Virus record (IMG/VR): IMGVR_UViG_3300045988_085215
Location: 1-34,584 of that record
DNA: 34,584 bases
Source: a virus
Direction: 5' to 3' (one strand)
The position numbers and the translations under genes are program-made. The notes under the pieces were generated by a model. That model did not search any database and had not been told where the DNA came from. It worked only from the letters and a program-made list of their open reading frames with translations. Shown here piece by piece: positions 9,114 through 18,662 of this stretch (within the stretch, counting starts at the first letter, position 1; each line of letters begins with the position of its first letter).

Positions 9114-9357
9114 CTATCAATTCGAACTAAACAGGGATGGAGTAAAGCAGATTATGCAGAGTGCAGAAATGAAGGCAGTTTTAGACGAGACGGCACAACA
9201 TATCGCACAGAATGCAGAAGGCGACTATAAAGTCGATACAATGACAGGGCGCACACGTGCAAACGCCAAGGTTTCATGTGCTAGTGCTAAAACTTACTAT
9301 GACAATTTAAGAAACAATACATTATTAAAAGCAATGGCTAACACTAGGAGAGGTTAA
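9106..9357 (+). CDS. neck / tail-joining protein
   Basis: 83 aa in the overlapping gene chain. The call rests on synteny only. Confidence 0.4.
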   Translation: MSNYQFELNRDGVKQIMQSAEMKAVLDETAQHIAQNAEGDYKVDTMTGRTRANAKVSCASAKTYYDNLRNNTLLKAMANTRRG

Positions 9358-9359
9358 AC

Positions 9360-9704
9360 ATGAGCACTAAAATTATTGAAGTATATCTGATTGAATATCT
9401 TACAAAAGAACTAGGGATTCCAATTTACGGACAGGAAGAAGACGCAGAAGATGGCACATATGTAGTCGTTGAAAAACTAGGCTCATATGTGGAGAACTTT
9501 ACACGACACGCAACAATAGCGCTAAAAAGTTACGGCACTACATTATTAGAGAGTGCTGAACTAAATGAGCGTGTAAAAGAGGCTATGGACGATATAATCA
9601 AAAAGCCCGAGATTTCATGCAGTAAGTTAAACAGTGATTATAACTATACTGATACGACTACCAAAAAATACAGATATCAAGCCGTGTATGACTTGGTATA
9701 TTAA
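9360..9704 (+). CDS. tail completion / tail terminator-like protein
   Basis: 114 aa, located directly upstream of the major tail protein gene. The call rests on synteny only. Confidence 0.4.
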   Translation: MSTKIIEVYLIEYLTKELGIPIYGQEEDAEDGTYVVVEKLGSYVENFTRHATIALKSYGTTLLESAELNERVKEAMDDIIKKPEISCSKLNSDYNYTDTTTKKYRYQAVYDLVY

Positions 9705-9724
9705 ATAAAGGAGGTTTTAAAGAT

Positions 9725-10312
9725 ATGGCAGGCACAACAGCAGTAAATAAGAATAACAAAGAGAATGTCTCAGAAGCAAAGCCAAAAATCACAGGCTCAG
9801 TTTTTAAAGCACCAACGACAACAACACCCCCAACCACAGCAGACGCAGAACTAGGAAAAGAATTTAAATGTTGCGGTTACGTCTCAGAAGATGGGATTAT
9901 ATTTACGAAGTCAGAGGAATCTGAACCTGTTAAAGCGTGGGGAGGTATTGTAGTAAAGCACCTCGATGGAGACTTTTCCGATGGTTTTAAATTAAAATAT
10001 ATCGAAGCATTAAACGAAGAAGTTTTAAAAGAATATCACGGAGAAAAGGCAGTCACAGGAACACTCGACACAGGTATTACAATTAATGTAGCGCCTAACA
10101 TGCAAGAAGAAAAGATGATTGTTGTTGACATGATTCTAAACAAAGGCAAGGTACTAAAAAGAACAGTCATCCCACGTTGTAAGGTTACTAAGACTTCCGA
10201 TGTCACTTATGTAGACAACAAAACCATTGAATACGAAGTTGAGTACTCATGCGAGGTTGGATATGACGATGGGTCATACCATAAAGAATATATTAAAAAG
10301 GTAGGTGCATAA
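9725..10312 (+). CDS. major tail protein
   Basis: 195 aa. VFKAPTTTTPPTTADAELGKEFKCCGYVSEDGI...KAWGG matches the pattern I recall for phi13/TP901-type major tail proteins. It lies upstream of the chaperone and tape-measure genes. Confidence 0.75.
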   Translation: MAGTTAVNKNNKENVSEAKPKITGSVFKAPTTTTPPTTADAELGKEFKCCGYVSEDGIIFTKSEESEPVKAWGGIVVKHLDGDFSDGFKLKYIEALNEEVLKEYHGEKAVTGTLDTGITINVAPNMQEEKMIVVDMILNKGKVLKRTVIPRCKVTKTSDVTYVDNKTIEYEVEYSCEVGYDDGSYHKEYIKKVGA

Positions 10313-10317
10313 TTATT

Positions 10318-10593
10318 ATGGCAGTTGTAAAAGGAAAGACTAAAACAGGCTTTGAGTTCGAATTGGATACAAAGTTAGTTGATGATTATGAAGTGTTAGA
10401 AATGTATGAGGATATCAAGGACACAGGACTAGGAGCAAGAAAACTCTTAATCAAACTAATCGGGGAAGAAGGTTACAACAGACTAAAGGAACATTGCAGA
10501 AGAAAAGACGGCACTATTTCAGCAAAAAGAATCGGCTATGAAATGAATGATATCATGAGTACAAACGTAGGAGACACAGACGTAAAAAACTAG
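10318..10593 (+). CDS. tail assembly chaperone (G-like, short product)
   Basis: 91 aa between the major tail and tape-measure genes. It ends with a slippery heptamer followed by TAG TAG. Confidence 0.7.
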   Translation: MAVVKGKTKTGFEFELDTKLVDDYEVLEMYEDIKDTGLGARKLLIKLIGEEGYNRLKEHCRRKDGTISAKRIGYEMNDIMSTNVGDTDVKN

Positions 10594-10976
10594 TAGCGCT
10601 CTCTATGTGGCTGAGAGCGTACAAGAAAGAAATAATTTGCGACCTAGCGCAGTACTACAACATATACGACTATCACGACTATAAGCCATCATACATTTTT
10701 ATTTTAGTTGATGGTTTAGAGGATAATAGCCGTTTTAAATTAAAATTAAACGGTATGAAGACCACAACGGACACAATGCTAAGCGCTATCGCTTGCGATT
10801 ACTTGGCTAAGTTATGGTGGTCTAAGACTGAGGACGCTGAACACGGCAGAAACAAGCCAATATCAATCCTTTCACAACTGCTAGAAGAAGACACACAGAA
10901 ACACGAGGAAGACGGCTTCGAAAGCGCTGAGGAATTTAACAAGGCAAGAAGCCGACTCCTCAGAAAGGAGGAATGA
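10318..10976 (+). CDS. tail assembly chaperone, -1 frameshift fusion product (GT-like)
   Basis: The downstream ORF (10605-10976) is in the -1 frame relative to 10318. The -1 frame is open from 10590 (cta gta gcg ctc tct atg...). The downstream ORF has no SD of its own. Confidence 0.65.
10584..10590 (+). promoter_or_regulatory. -1 programmed ribosomal frameshift slippery heptamer A AAA AAC
   Basis: The zero frame reads gtA AAA AAC tag, which fits the X XXY YYZ pattern. The site is at the conserved position at the end of the chaperone ORF. Confidence 0.7.
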
Positions 10977-10979
10977 TAA

Positions 10980-12959
10980 ATGGCAACAGACCTCGGAAAA
11001 GCATATATACAGATTGTACCTTCTGCAAAAGGTATCACGTCGTCTATTAAAGACGTAATCGAAAAGCCTATGACGGAAAATGGGGTTCATGGTGGCTCTT
11101 TATTAGGTGGTGGAGTAGTTAAGACCCTTACGAAAGTTTTAGCGACAGGAACACTCGGAAAGATAGTTGGAAATTCTCTTACAGAAGGAGGAAAACTGCA
11201 ACAGTCCATCGGTGGTGTTGAAACTCTATTTGGCAAGAGTGCCGACAGGCTCAAGAAATACGCAAGCCATGCTTTCCGTACGAGTGGAGTTAGTGCGAAT
11301 GAATACATGGAACAGGCGACATCATTTGCTAGTGCTTTAGTAATGTCTTGTGGAGGAAATACGGCAAAAGCCGTTGAAATGGCGAACATGGCTATTAGAG
11401 ATATGTCAGACAACTCTAACAAGTTCGGTACTAACATAGGAGACATCCAAAACGCATATCAAGGATTCGCAAAGAACAATTATACTATGTTAGACAATCT
11501 GAAGCTTGGCTTTCAAGGCTCGAAGCAAGGCATGGAGCAACTTCTTGCAAAGGCTCAAGAAATAACAGGGGTACACTATGATATTAATAATTTAAGTGAT
11601 GTTTATAGTGCAATCCATGAGATACAGAAGAAGATGGACGTTACTAATACAACGCAGAAAGAAGCGACTAAGACCCTAAGCGGTTCTTTTGGTATGCTTA
11701 AGGCTTCTTGGAGTGATTTCCTGGGCAGTCTATCAACAGGAGGAAACGTTAAGCAGACATTTAGTAACCTTGTAACCTCATTAGGTACATTTGTAGGTGG
11801 TAACCTTATTCCAATGCTAGGTAATATTGTAAAATCAGCATTTACACTTGTGACGGACGGAATGAACAATATGCCACAGATACTTGACGCAGTGCAGAAA
11901 TTCGCAAATAACATTGCTAAGCAAGCCCCACAGTTTATAAAAAGTGGTTTTGAAATGCTGAACAAACTAGCAGAAGGACTTATTAGTGCGTTGCCTGTTA
12001 TGATTGCGAAGATTCCTACAATCGTGAGCACTTTTGCAAACGTGATTAATGACAACGCCCCTACTATTTTAATGAGTGGCGCTAAGTTAATCGGTAAATT
12101 AGTAATGGGTATTATACAGTCTATACCTGTTTTGATTGCGAACGTTCCTAAAATCATCATGGCAATTGTGGATGTATGGTCAGCGTTTAATTGGTTACAA
12201 CTTGGTTCTAACGCAGTAAAAGGGCTTGGCAATGGTATAAAATCAATGTTCGGAGCAATCAAAAACACAGGTCAAGGCTTATTAAACGCAGTTAAGGGAG
12301 GATTATCCAACCTTCCATCTTCTCTTATGAACTTAGGTAGGTCAGCCGTTTATTCTTTAAGTGGTACAATCGGAGGACTAGGACATCTCGGAAGGTCAGC
12401 AATGCTTAAGATTGCTAGTGCTATCGAGAGTGCCATTAGAACGCTACCATCAAAAATGCTTGGAATTGGTAAAGACATTGTAAAAGGTATATGGAGCGGT
12501 ATTTCGGGCATGGGTGGTTGGATTGCAAAACAGGTTGGAGGATTTGCAAGTGGTATCGTAAACAAGTTTAAAAAGTCGCTAGGCATTCACTCTCCATCGC
12601 GTGTCATGAGAGATATGGTCGGTATATATATCGGTCAAGGTATCGGAACAGGTATCATCGCTTCGTTATCAAGCGTTAAAAAGGATATAGACGAGTTCAA
12701 TGATGAAGTTATTGATGGCTTTAATCCATTAAAAAGCGCTCCTGTAGGCTTAGGAGCGATTCAGAGGGTTAAAACGCAGATGGACAATGAAGATATAACA
12801 AACTTAAAACGTGGCTCATATAGTCAGAATGAGGCTAATAACGGCAATGTATATCAGACATTAAACGTCAACAGTCCTACACAGTTAGACCCTAGCGAAG
12901 TGGCACGACAGACACGTAATGCAAACAGAGAATTGATTTTAAAACTTAAGGGGGTATAG
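10980..12959 (+). CDS. tape measure protein
   Basis: 659 aa and the longest ORF in the tail module. It is Gly/Ala/Ile-rich with hydrophobic central repeats and sits at the canonical position after the chaperones. Confidence 0.9.
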   Translation: MATDLGKAYIQIVPSAKGITSSIKDVIEKPMTENGVHGGSLLGGGVVKTLTKVLATGTLGKIVGNSLTEGGKLQQSIGGVETLFGKSADRLKKYASHAFRTSGVSANEYMEQATSFASALVMSCGGNTAKAVEMANMAIRDMSDNSNKFGTNIGDIQNAYQGFAKNNYTMLDNLKLGFQGSKQGMEQLLAKAQEITGVHYDINNLSDVYSAIHEIQKKMDVTNTTQKEATKTLSGSFGMLKASWSDFLGSLSTGGNVKQTFSNLVTSLGTFVGGNLIPMLGNIVKSAFTLVTDGMNNMPQILDAVQKFANNIAKQAPQFIKSGFEMLNKLAEGLISALPVMIAKIPTIVSTFANVINDNAPTILMSGAKLIGKLVMGIIQSIPVLIANVPKIIMAIVDVWSAFNWLQLGSNAVKGLGNGIKSMFGAIKNTGQGLLNAVKGGLSNLPSSLMNLGRSAVYSLSGTIGGLGHLGRSAMLKIASAIESAIRTLPSKMLGIGKDIVKGIWSGISGMGGWIAKQVGGFASGIVNKFKKSLGIHSPSRVMRDMVGIYIGQGIGTGIIASLSSVKKDIDEFNDEVIDGFNPLKSAPVGLGAIQRVKTQMDNEDITNLKRGSYSQNEANNGNVYQTLNVNSPTQLDPSEVARQTRNANRELILKLKGV

Positions 12960-12962
12960 TAG

Positions 12963-13847
12963 TTGAGGAACAAAGAAATAAGAACAATCACGTGTACCAA
13001 CGAATTGGGATATACGATTAACTTTGGGGAAACTTCTATTTTCCCTTTTCTGTTAGTTGATTGCGATGGTATCTATAACTATGAGTATAACGTGACTACT
13101 CAAGACAACGGTAATGTTGACGGGTCAACCGTTATCGGTTCAAAACTCAAGGAAAGAAATATCGTTATAACCGTAGTTGATATTGATAGATTCGCTAGAA
13201 ACCGTGAAATGTTGGACAATATCTTTTCATGTGACGGTGTTCTTACTTATGATGACGGAGTGCATAGAAGAAAAATAAACTACACAGTCGAAAAACTAGC
13301 AGGAACGGATGGAACGTTTCAAAAGCGAACTACTCAGATATCCTTATTATGTGCAGACCCTCACTTTCACGATATAGAGGATAACGAGTTAGATATGGCA
13401 TACATTGACTCGCTTTTTGAATTTCCTCACGAATTCACAGGAGATGAGGAGATTTCTAAAATTGTAAAAACACAAAACATTGAAATTTTAAATAAAAACG
13501 GTGCTGAAACTTCTATGTCTATTTTAATGACAACAAACGGAGCAGTAACCAACCCTTCCATCTCATTACAAGAGACAGGGGAAAGCCTAACGCTAGGAGT
13601 AGAGGGGATTAAAGATTTTACACTAAGTACAGACCAAAAAGTACTCATAACAACGGATTTAAACAACTGTCATGTCTATCTTCTTGATGTTGACGGTTCA
13701 AAAACCAATATTAATAACTACTTAACATCGGATTCTGTCTTCCTCAGATTAAAACACGGAGTAAACCACATCGGATATACTGCTAAAAGTGGCGTTGATA
13801 ACTTAAGCGTGTCAATAACTTTTAAAAACAGTTACTTGAGGGGGTAA
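12963..13847 (+). CDS. distal tail protein (Dit-like)
   Basis: 294 aa with a TTG start 9 nt after aaggggg. It lies directly after the tape-measure gene. Confidence 0.65.
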   Translation: MRNKEIRTITCTNELGYTINFGETSIFPFLLVDCDGIYNYEYNVTTQDNGNVDGSTVIGSKLKERNIVITVVDIDRFARNREMLDNIFSCDGVLTYDDGVHRRKINYTVEKLAGTDGTFQKRTTQISLLCADPHFHDIEDNELDMAYIDSLFEFPHEFTGDEEISKIVKTQNIEILNKNGAETSMSILMTTNGAVTNPSISLQETGESLTLGVEGIKDFTLSTDQKVLITTDLNNCHVYLLDVDGSKTNINNYLTSDSVFLRLKHGVNHIGYTAKSGVDNLSVSITFKNSYLRG

Positions 13848-13850
13848 GAT

Positions 13851-14900
13851 ATGCAATTAAGAATATATAATAGGGATATGGAACCATTAGGGATTATCGA
13901 GAATGCTTACTCCGTTCAATGGATTAGGAACTACACAACTTGTGGCAGTTTTGAAGTACACTTCCCTATCAACACAAAAGCCCTTGAACTCATTAAACTT
14001 GATAATCTAATATGGATTCAAGGCAAGAAAAATTGTGGCGTTATCGAGGGTATCACGATTGAACAGACTGCAACAACTAGCGATGTAAAAGTTATTGGAC
14101 GATTTGCCGAAAGTTACTTCGCACGTAGGCTCATTAAAAACACTTTTAATTTTAACGGTAAGGTCGAAGAAGCGATGAGGGAACTTGTGACACTTGCAGA
14201 TATACCACGAGTTAGACTTGGGAAGCTAAATGGGTTTAATGATAAGATACAGTTTCAAGCAACATATAAGGATACGCTTAAATATATTGAGAAGTTGTCA
14301 CAGGCATCTAATATCGGTTTTAGGTTAGTGCCTAGCTTTGATGAAAAGGTATTTTATTTTGAAACATATAAAGGCTTGAACAAGTCGGAAGAACAGAGAG
14401 ACCGACCACGTGTAATCTTCTCACAGCGTAACGGTGACATTTCAAAAGCAGACTATAACGCAAACTCGCAGAACTACTCAAATGTCTGTTATGTGGGTGG
14501 TCAAGGTGAAGGCTCAAGCCGTCAAATTGTTATTTGTGGGGATGACAGTTTAACGGGATTAGACAGACGAGAAACCTTTATAAATGGCTCAGATATCTCA
14601 AAGGATAATTTAAGCGATTCACAATACATTGAAAGTTTAAAACAGAGAGGAGAAAGCAATCTCAAAGAAAAAGTCCTTGTAAAGTCACTTGAAAAAGAAG
14701 ACCGTATGCATGGGACATATAATTATCCTGTCGATTATGATGTGGGCGATATAGTCACAAGTAGGCTAGAATTTTGGAATTTAAAAAGTAATGATAGAGT
14801 GGTTTCGGTTAATGAAATTTATGAACACGGTAAAATGGTGGCAGTTCCGACACTAGGAACACCACTTGCGAGCAATGTAGATTGGAGTGATAATTTATAA
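13851..14900 (+). CDS. tail-associated / baseplate hub protein (Tal or Gp37-like)
   Basis: 349 aa. The N-terminus MQLRIYNRDMEPLGIIENAYSVQWIRNYTTCGSFEVHFP resembles the siphovirus Gp37-like family as I recall it. It follows the Dit-like gene. Confidence 0.55.
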   Translation: MQLRIYNRDMEPLGIIENAYSVQWIRNYTTCGSFEVHFPINTKALELIKLDNLIWIQGKKNCGVIEGITIEQTATTSDVKVIGRFAESYFARRLIKNTFNFNGKVEEAMRELVTLADIPRVRLGKLNGFNDKIQFQATYKDTLKYIEKLSQASNIGFRLVPSFDEKVFYFETYKGLNKSEEQRDRPRVIFSQRNGDISKADYNANSQNYSNVCYVGGQGEGSSRQIVICGDDSLTGLDRRETFINGSDISKDNLSDSQYIESLKQRGESNLKEKVLVKSLEKEDRMHGTYNYPVDYDVGDIVTSRLEFWNLKSNDRVVSVNEIYEHGKMVAVPTLGTPLASNVDWSDNL

Positions 14901-14901
14901 T

Positions 14902-15792
14902 ATGGCAACAGATAATTTAGGATTTCCATTCGATTCGATAAATCATGATAGAACTATGTCAAGTGCTTCTTTTAGAAAAATGTTTAAAAGTTTTTTCACG
15001 AATGGGATTTTTAGTACGGACGACTTTTGGGTAATGGCAGATAATTCAATGACCCTCACAGTCGGCACAGGAAACGCAAGTATCAATGGAGCGTTTTATC
15101 CTTTAAACGAACAAAAGAAGTTAACCATTGATAGTTCAAACGGTACATATGATAGATATGACGCTATCGCTATCGAATTCAACTTAACAGACCGTCAATT
15201 CTATGTAAAAGTTGTAAAAGGTGGAAGCGATTCGAGATACCCTGTACCTGTCAGAACGGCCTCAGTGTATCAATTGATTATAGCATTTGTTAAAGTCAGC
15301 AGAGGCGTAACATCACTCGTGCAAGAAGACATCAACGATGTTAGAGGTGATACGTGGTATTGTGGCTATGTCACAAGCACAGGGTCACAGGAACGATTCG
15401 AGAAGGAATTGCAGAAACTCAAAACACAGATTGACAATATGAACAATGCGAACACATGGAGCGAGTGGAAGTCATGTGGCAAGAATGCTTGTGGTATTAC
15501 ATTACTGTATAGATACAACGAAGCACTGAAACTTTGCGAATTGAATTGGGATGGAGGCGTCATAGCGCCTGTCGGAAACAATACAATTGGGTACATGTGG
15601 GAAGGATTCCCAACGGATAAAGCACCTAAAATTAATATGTTTATACCTGTTCAAACACAGAGCAACGACCTTACTTTACGTTTTTATCCTGTCACAGATG
15701 ACATCACGGCCAACCATTGGACACTTACGGCAATGCAAGGCACTGTATCAAGTGGTTATATTTGTGGTAAGTATATCTATTCATATGCTTAA
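14902..15792 (+). CDS. tail/baseplate structural protein
   Basis: 296 aa from the ATG at 14902; the track start at 14887 overlaps the previous gene. It lies in the baseplate region. No specific family was assigned. Confidence 0.55.
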   Translation: MATDNLGFPFDSINHDRTMSSASFRKMFKSFFTNGIFSTDDFWVMADNSMTLTVGTGNASINGAFYPLNEQKKLTIDSSNGTYDRYDAIAIEFNLTDRQFYVKVVKGGSDSRYPVPVRTASVYQLIIAFVKVSRGVTSLVQEDINDVRGDTWYCGYVTSTGSQERFEKELQKLKTQIDNMNNANTWSEWKSCGKNACGITLLYRYNEALKLCELNWDGGVIAPVGNNTIGYMWEGFPTDKAPKINMFIPVQTQSNDLTLRFYPVTDDITANHWTLTAMQGTVSSGYICGKYIYSYA

Positions 15793-15807
15793 CAAGGGGG
15801 TGATTAA

Positions 15808-18101
15808 ATGATAAATATTACAATTGCAGAGAATGGCACTCCATCTTCTGAGATAATCAAACTAGGTAACGAGTTTGAAAATTTAGACGAGGTCATACAG
15901 TTCACCTTCCCAACAGACCTTGAACCACTGCATAAATACGTAGTGGCTAAGACTTACGACCCAAAAAAAGAAGGAAAACATAACCCGTGTAACTCCTCTA
16001 GTCAATAACAGATTTGTAGTAGGGACAGCAATTACAAAGGTTGTTGGAACGTGGATGTTATACACATTATGTAAATCATATGCAGTAGATGAAGACGGCA
16101 ACATTACAAACACAGAGCGTGTCAGTATCTCAGACCCAATCATAGCAACCATAAACGAAAATGATATTGATGTAGGAAGTATCGAAAAAGTAGAGTTAGA
16201 CCCTAACATCAAGATAATCTATGATGAATTAATAAGTTTTAAAAAAGAACTAGAGCAGAATGAAGCAGCTAGACAGGAAAATGAGGAAGCACGCGTAAAC
16301 GCTGAAAACGCTAGAGCAGAAGCAGAGGCAAAAAGGGAAGGCGTTATAACTAAGTTAAGAGAAGACCTCGATGGCAATATAAAACTAAGCGATAAGAATG
16401 CTAGAAGTCTAACGGCTTTATGGGACTTAAACAAGGGAATTTCTTATAGGTTTGAAGAAGACAACGAAAAAGCCTATCAAAAGACCGTGCCAAGTGGCGC
16501 TAAACTAGGTGCAGTAAATTCAATCGGTGGAAAAACCATTGTATATAATCAATATGCTAATATTGACGGTATAGTCATGGCGTGGGCAGATAATACTAAC
16601 ATTTATAGTGACTTAAAAAGACTAAGTGGTCACAAACTATATTGTATGAATAAGTGCATAGTAAAAAACATATTGTACGATGATAGAACAACATATTCAA
16701 AACGTTTTTTTGTTGTTTGATTCCGATGAGAGCAAAACCATAAATGTAGAGAATACTCTTATAAAAAAAGAAGACATACAAGTAGGAAAAGTTTTTAGAA
16801 CTAGTAAAATAGTACAAGCACCTAGCAACCTTGTAGAAACACGAGTATATAACATTGGTGATGATACTATAGGCTTAACTGTAGAATGTGACACATAGCT
16901 TATGCTGATTGATTTAACGCAGATGTTCGGAGAAGGCAACGAGCCAACAACGGTTGAAGAATTTGAATCAATGTTCCCTAATGCTTATTATCCATATAGC
17001 GAAGGTGAACTTATGAGTATACCTGTTAACGAGGTTGAGGAAGTCGGGAAGAATATATTTAAATGTAAGAATTTCTCATGTAGTGGATTAGTTGGAGATT
17101 ATAACCCAAGTTTAAGCAATTTTTACGGCACATCTATAAATTCTACTGAACCTTCTAATAGTATCACCGTTACTCAATCAAAAATCGCACAAGAAAATAA
17201 TGCAATAAGTTATTAGAATGGCTACTTTTGTGTTTTATTTAAACCTGTTATTTTGTATGAAGGATATGTATTTTCTTTCGACATAATACCATCAAAGAAA
17301 TTGATTGAAAACCCCAAAATCATGATTCTATTAAATGGTAATAATCCAATTGGAACTGCAAGCGCTCAAGACTTACAGATTGGTAAAAGAACTAAGTTAT
17401 ATTTTGGTTTAAGGGCAAATAATACCAAAATAATATATATTGAGTTCCGTAACAGTGGCATTAGTGGCGTGTTTGAGAATTTCCAAATTGAAAAAGGCTC
17501 TGTCAATACTGCATACGTTCCATACCACGAAAACCATTATCCAATTCCACAAGCCATTCTTAACTTAGACGGTTACGGATGGGGCGTTGGTGATGTATAC
17601 AATTATGTCGATTATGAAAACAAGAAGTTTTATAAGTATGTCAATAATGCTGATTTAGGAACATTTACGGATGTATACGAATATGATGGCTTAACACCAC
17701 AAGAAGGACTGCACATTTTCGCAATCAATATCAGCAACATAAACGTAAAAGATGGCTCTAGCACTATTTGTGAATTATTTAATAGTATCCCTTTTGATGA
17801 TTTAACTAGCGAGGATGGGATGTATTTAAATGTTGCATATAACCAACTTATAATATCTACAAATAAATGTAAGAGCGTAGAAGAATTAAAAGCCTATATC
17901 AGTGGTAAATATTTCTATTATGAACTTGCAGAACCAATCGTAACAGACATCTCAGACATTATCAGAGATACATTCCAAGAGCCGATTAATGTTGAAAGTG
18001 GAGGCTCATTAACTTTCAAGAACTCAAACGGTGACGGCTACCAAGTCGCAGTGCCTAGCGATGTGCAGTATGTCGTATCACTTAAGGAGGTGGCAGAATG
18101 A
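15808..18101 (+). pseudogene. tail fibre / receptor-binding protein reading frame interrupted 4 times (pseudogene, sequencing artefact or recoded gene)
   Basis: There is one strong SD, at 15808 (aaggggg). Five track ORFs lie in a row and the later ones have no SD. Frames overlap across an A7 run (15963-15969) and a T7 run (16705-16711). In-frame TAG codons lie at 16896-16898 and 17214-17216. The sequence has a coiled-coil segment (EQNEAARQENEEARVNAENARAEAEAKRE) and an LIDLTQMFGEGNEPT motif typical of fibres. Confidence 0.6.
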
Positions 18102-18277
18102 CAGACCTACAAAGAAAAATGATAGAGAAACTAGGACTATCAAAAGAAGACTTCGAGCCTATCAATAAAGACAGGCTACTAGAAGAAGCATACCTAAAAG
18201 CAGAGTATAATTCGATTCTATTAGAACAGTTAGGAGGAGTGAGCGATGATTTACAGATTAATGAAACTAAGAATTAG
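18098..18277 (+). CDS. hypothetical small protein (59 aa) downstream of the fibre
   Basis: Not in the track. SD aaggagg lies 7 nt upstream, and ATGA overlaps the fibre stop codon. Sequence: MTDLQRKMIEKLGLSKEDFEPINKDRLLEEAYLKAEYNSILLEQLGGVSDDLQINETKN. Confidence 0.6.
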   Translation: MTDLQRKMIEKLGLSKEDFEPINKDRLLEEAYLKAEYNSILLEQLGGVSDDLQINETKN

Positions 18278-18389
18278 ACGAGAAGGCTTGACAGAAGAAA
18301 ATAAGAACTTGCTTGATGTATATTTGCTAGGTGGCAGAATTTCGCAAGCGCAGTATGAAGAATTAATGCAGATTAAGGAGGATAAGTAA
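18246..18389 (+). CDS. XkdX-like small phage protein (47 aa)
   Basis: Not in the track. SD aggagg. MIYRLMKLRIRREGLTEENKNLLDVYLLGGRISQAQYEELMQIKEDK resembles the XkdX family pattern and lies just before the holin gene. Confidence 0.6.
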   Translation: MIYRLMKLRIRREGLTEENKNLLDVYLLGGRISQAQYEELMQIKEDK

Positions 18390-18392
18390 ATT

Positions 18393-18659
18393 ATGGACTT
18401 TACAAGTTTAACTCAGTACTTTGTGTTGGTTGTTATGGTAGCGTGTTTAGTAGTTGGCTATATTCTCAAAACATCATTTGACTTTGTGCCTAATAAGTAC
18501 ATCCCTACAATTTTGGCAGTAGTTGGCGCAGTCCTAAACGCTATCGTAAGTGGCGTGTCAGTAAACTCTATCGTTTATGGCGCTTTAATGGGTTTAGCCT
18601 CTACAGGCTTACACCAGGCCTTCACTAGATTCGTTGAAGGTGAAAAAGAAGGTGTTTAA
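18393..18659 (+). CDS. holin
   Basis: 88 aa with 2-3 hydrophobic helices and a charged C-terminus (EGEKEGV). It lies upstream of the endolysin gene. Confidence 0.75.
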   Translation: MDFTSLTQYFVLVVMVACLVVGYILKTSFDFVPNKYIPTILAVVGAVLNAIVSGVSVNSIVYGALMGLASTGLHQAFTRFVEGEKEGV

Positions 18660-18662
18660 GCT

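Noticed and set aside
11603-12268. 221-aa minus-strand ORF. Similar antisense track ORFs include 189-431, 1643-1918, 3313-3576, 3563-3769, 4624-4818, 5758-6171, 6340-6969, 7757-7942, 10799-11446, 12350-12586, 13427-13666, 14332-14517, 15366-15596, 15883-16434, 16596-16939, 25558-25773, 29819-30055, 30881-31108, 31252-31437, 32990-33241, 33445-33663 and 34220-34450.
   Set aside because: All lie entirely inside well-supported plus-strand genes and have no SD. Their Ser/Leu/Ile-rich, low-complexity translations are typical of the antisense frame of AT-rich coding DNA.
12957-12965. Tape measure and Dit are in the same frame, separated only by TAG TAG, so a read-through fusion is conceivable.
   Set aside because: The TTG at 12963 has a good SD (aaggggg, 9 nt). 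Two tandem stops argue for efficient termination, and Dit proteins normally start here.
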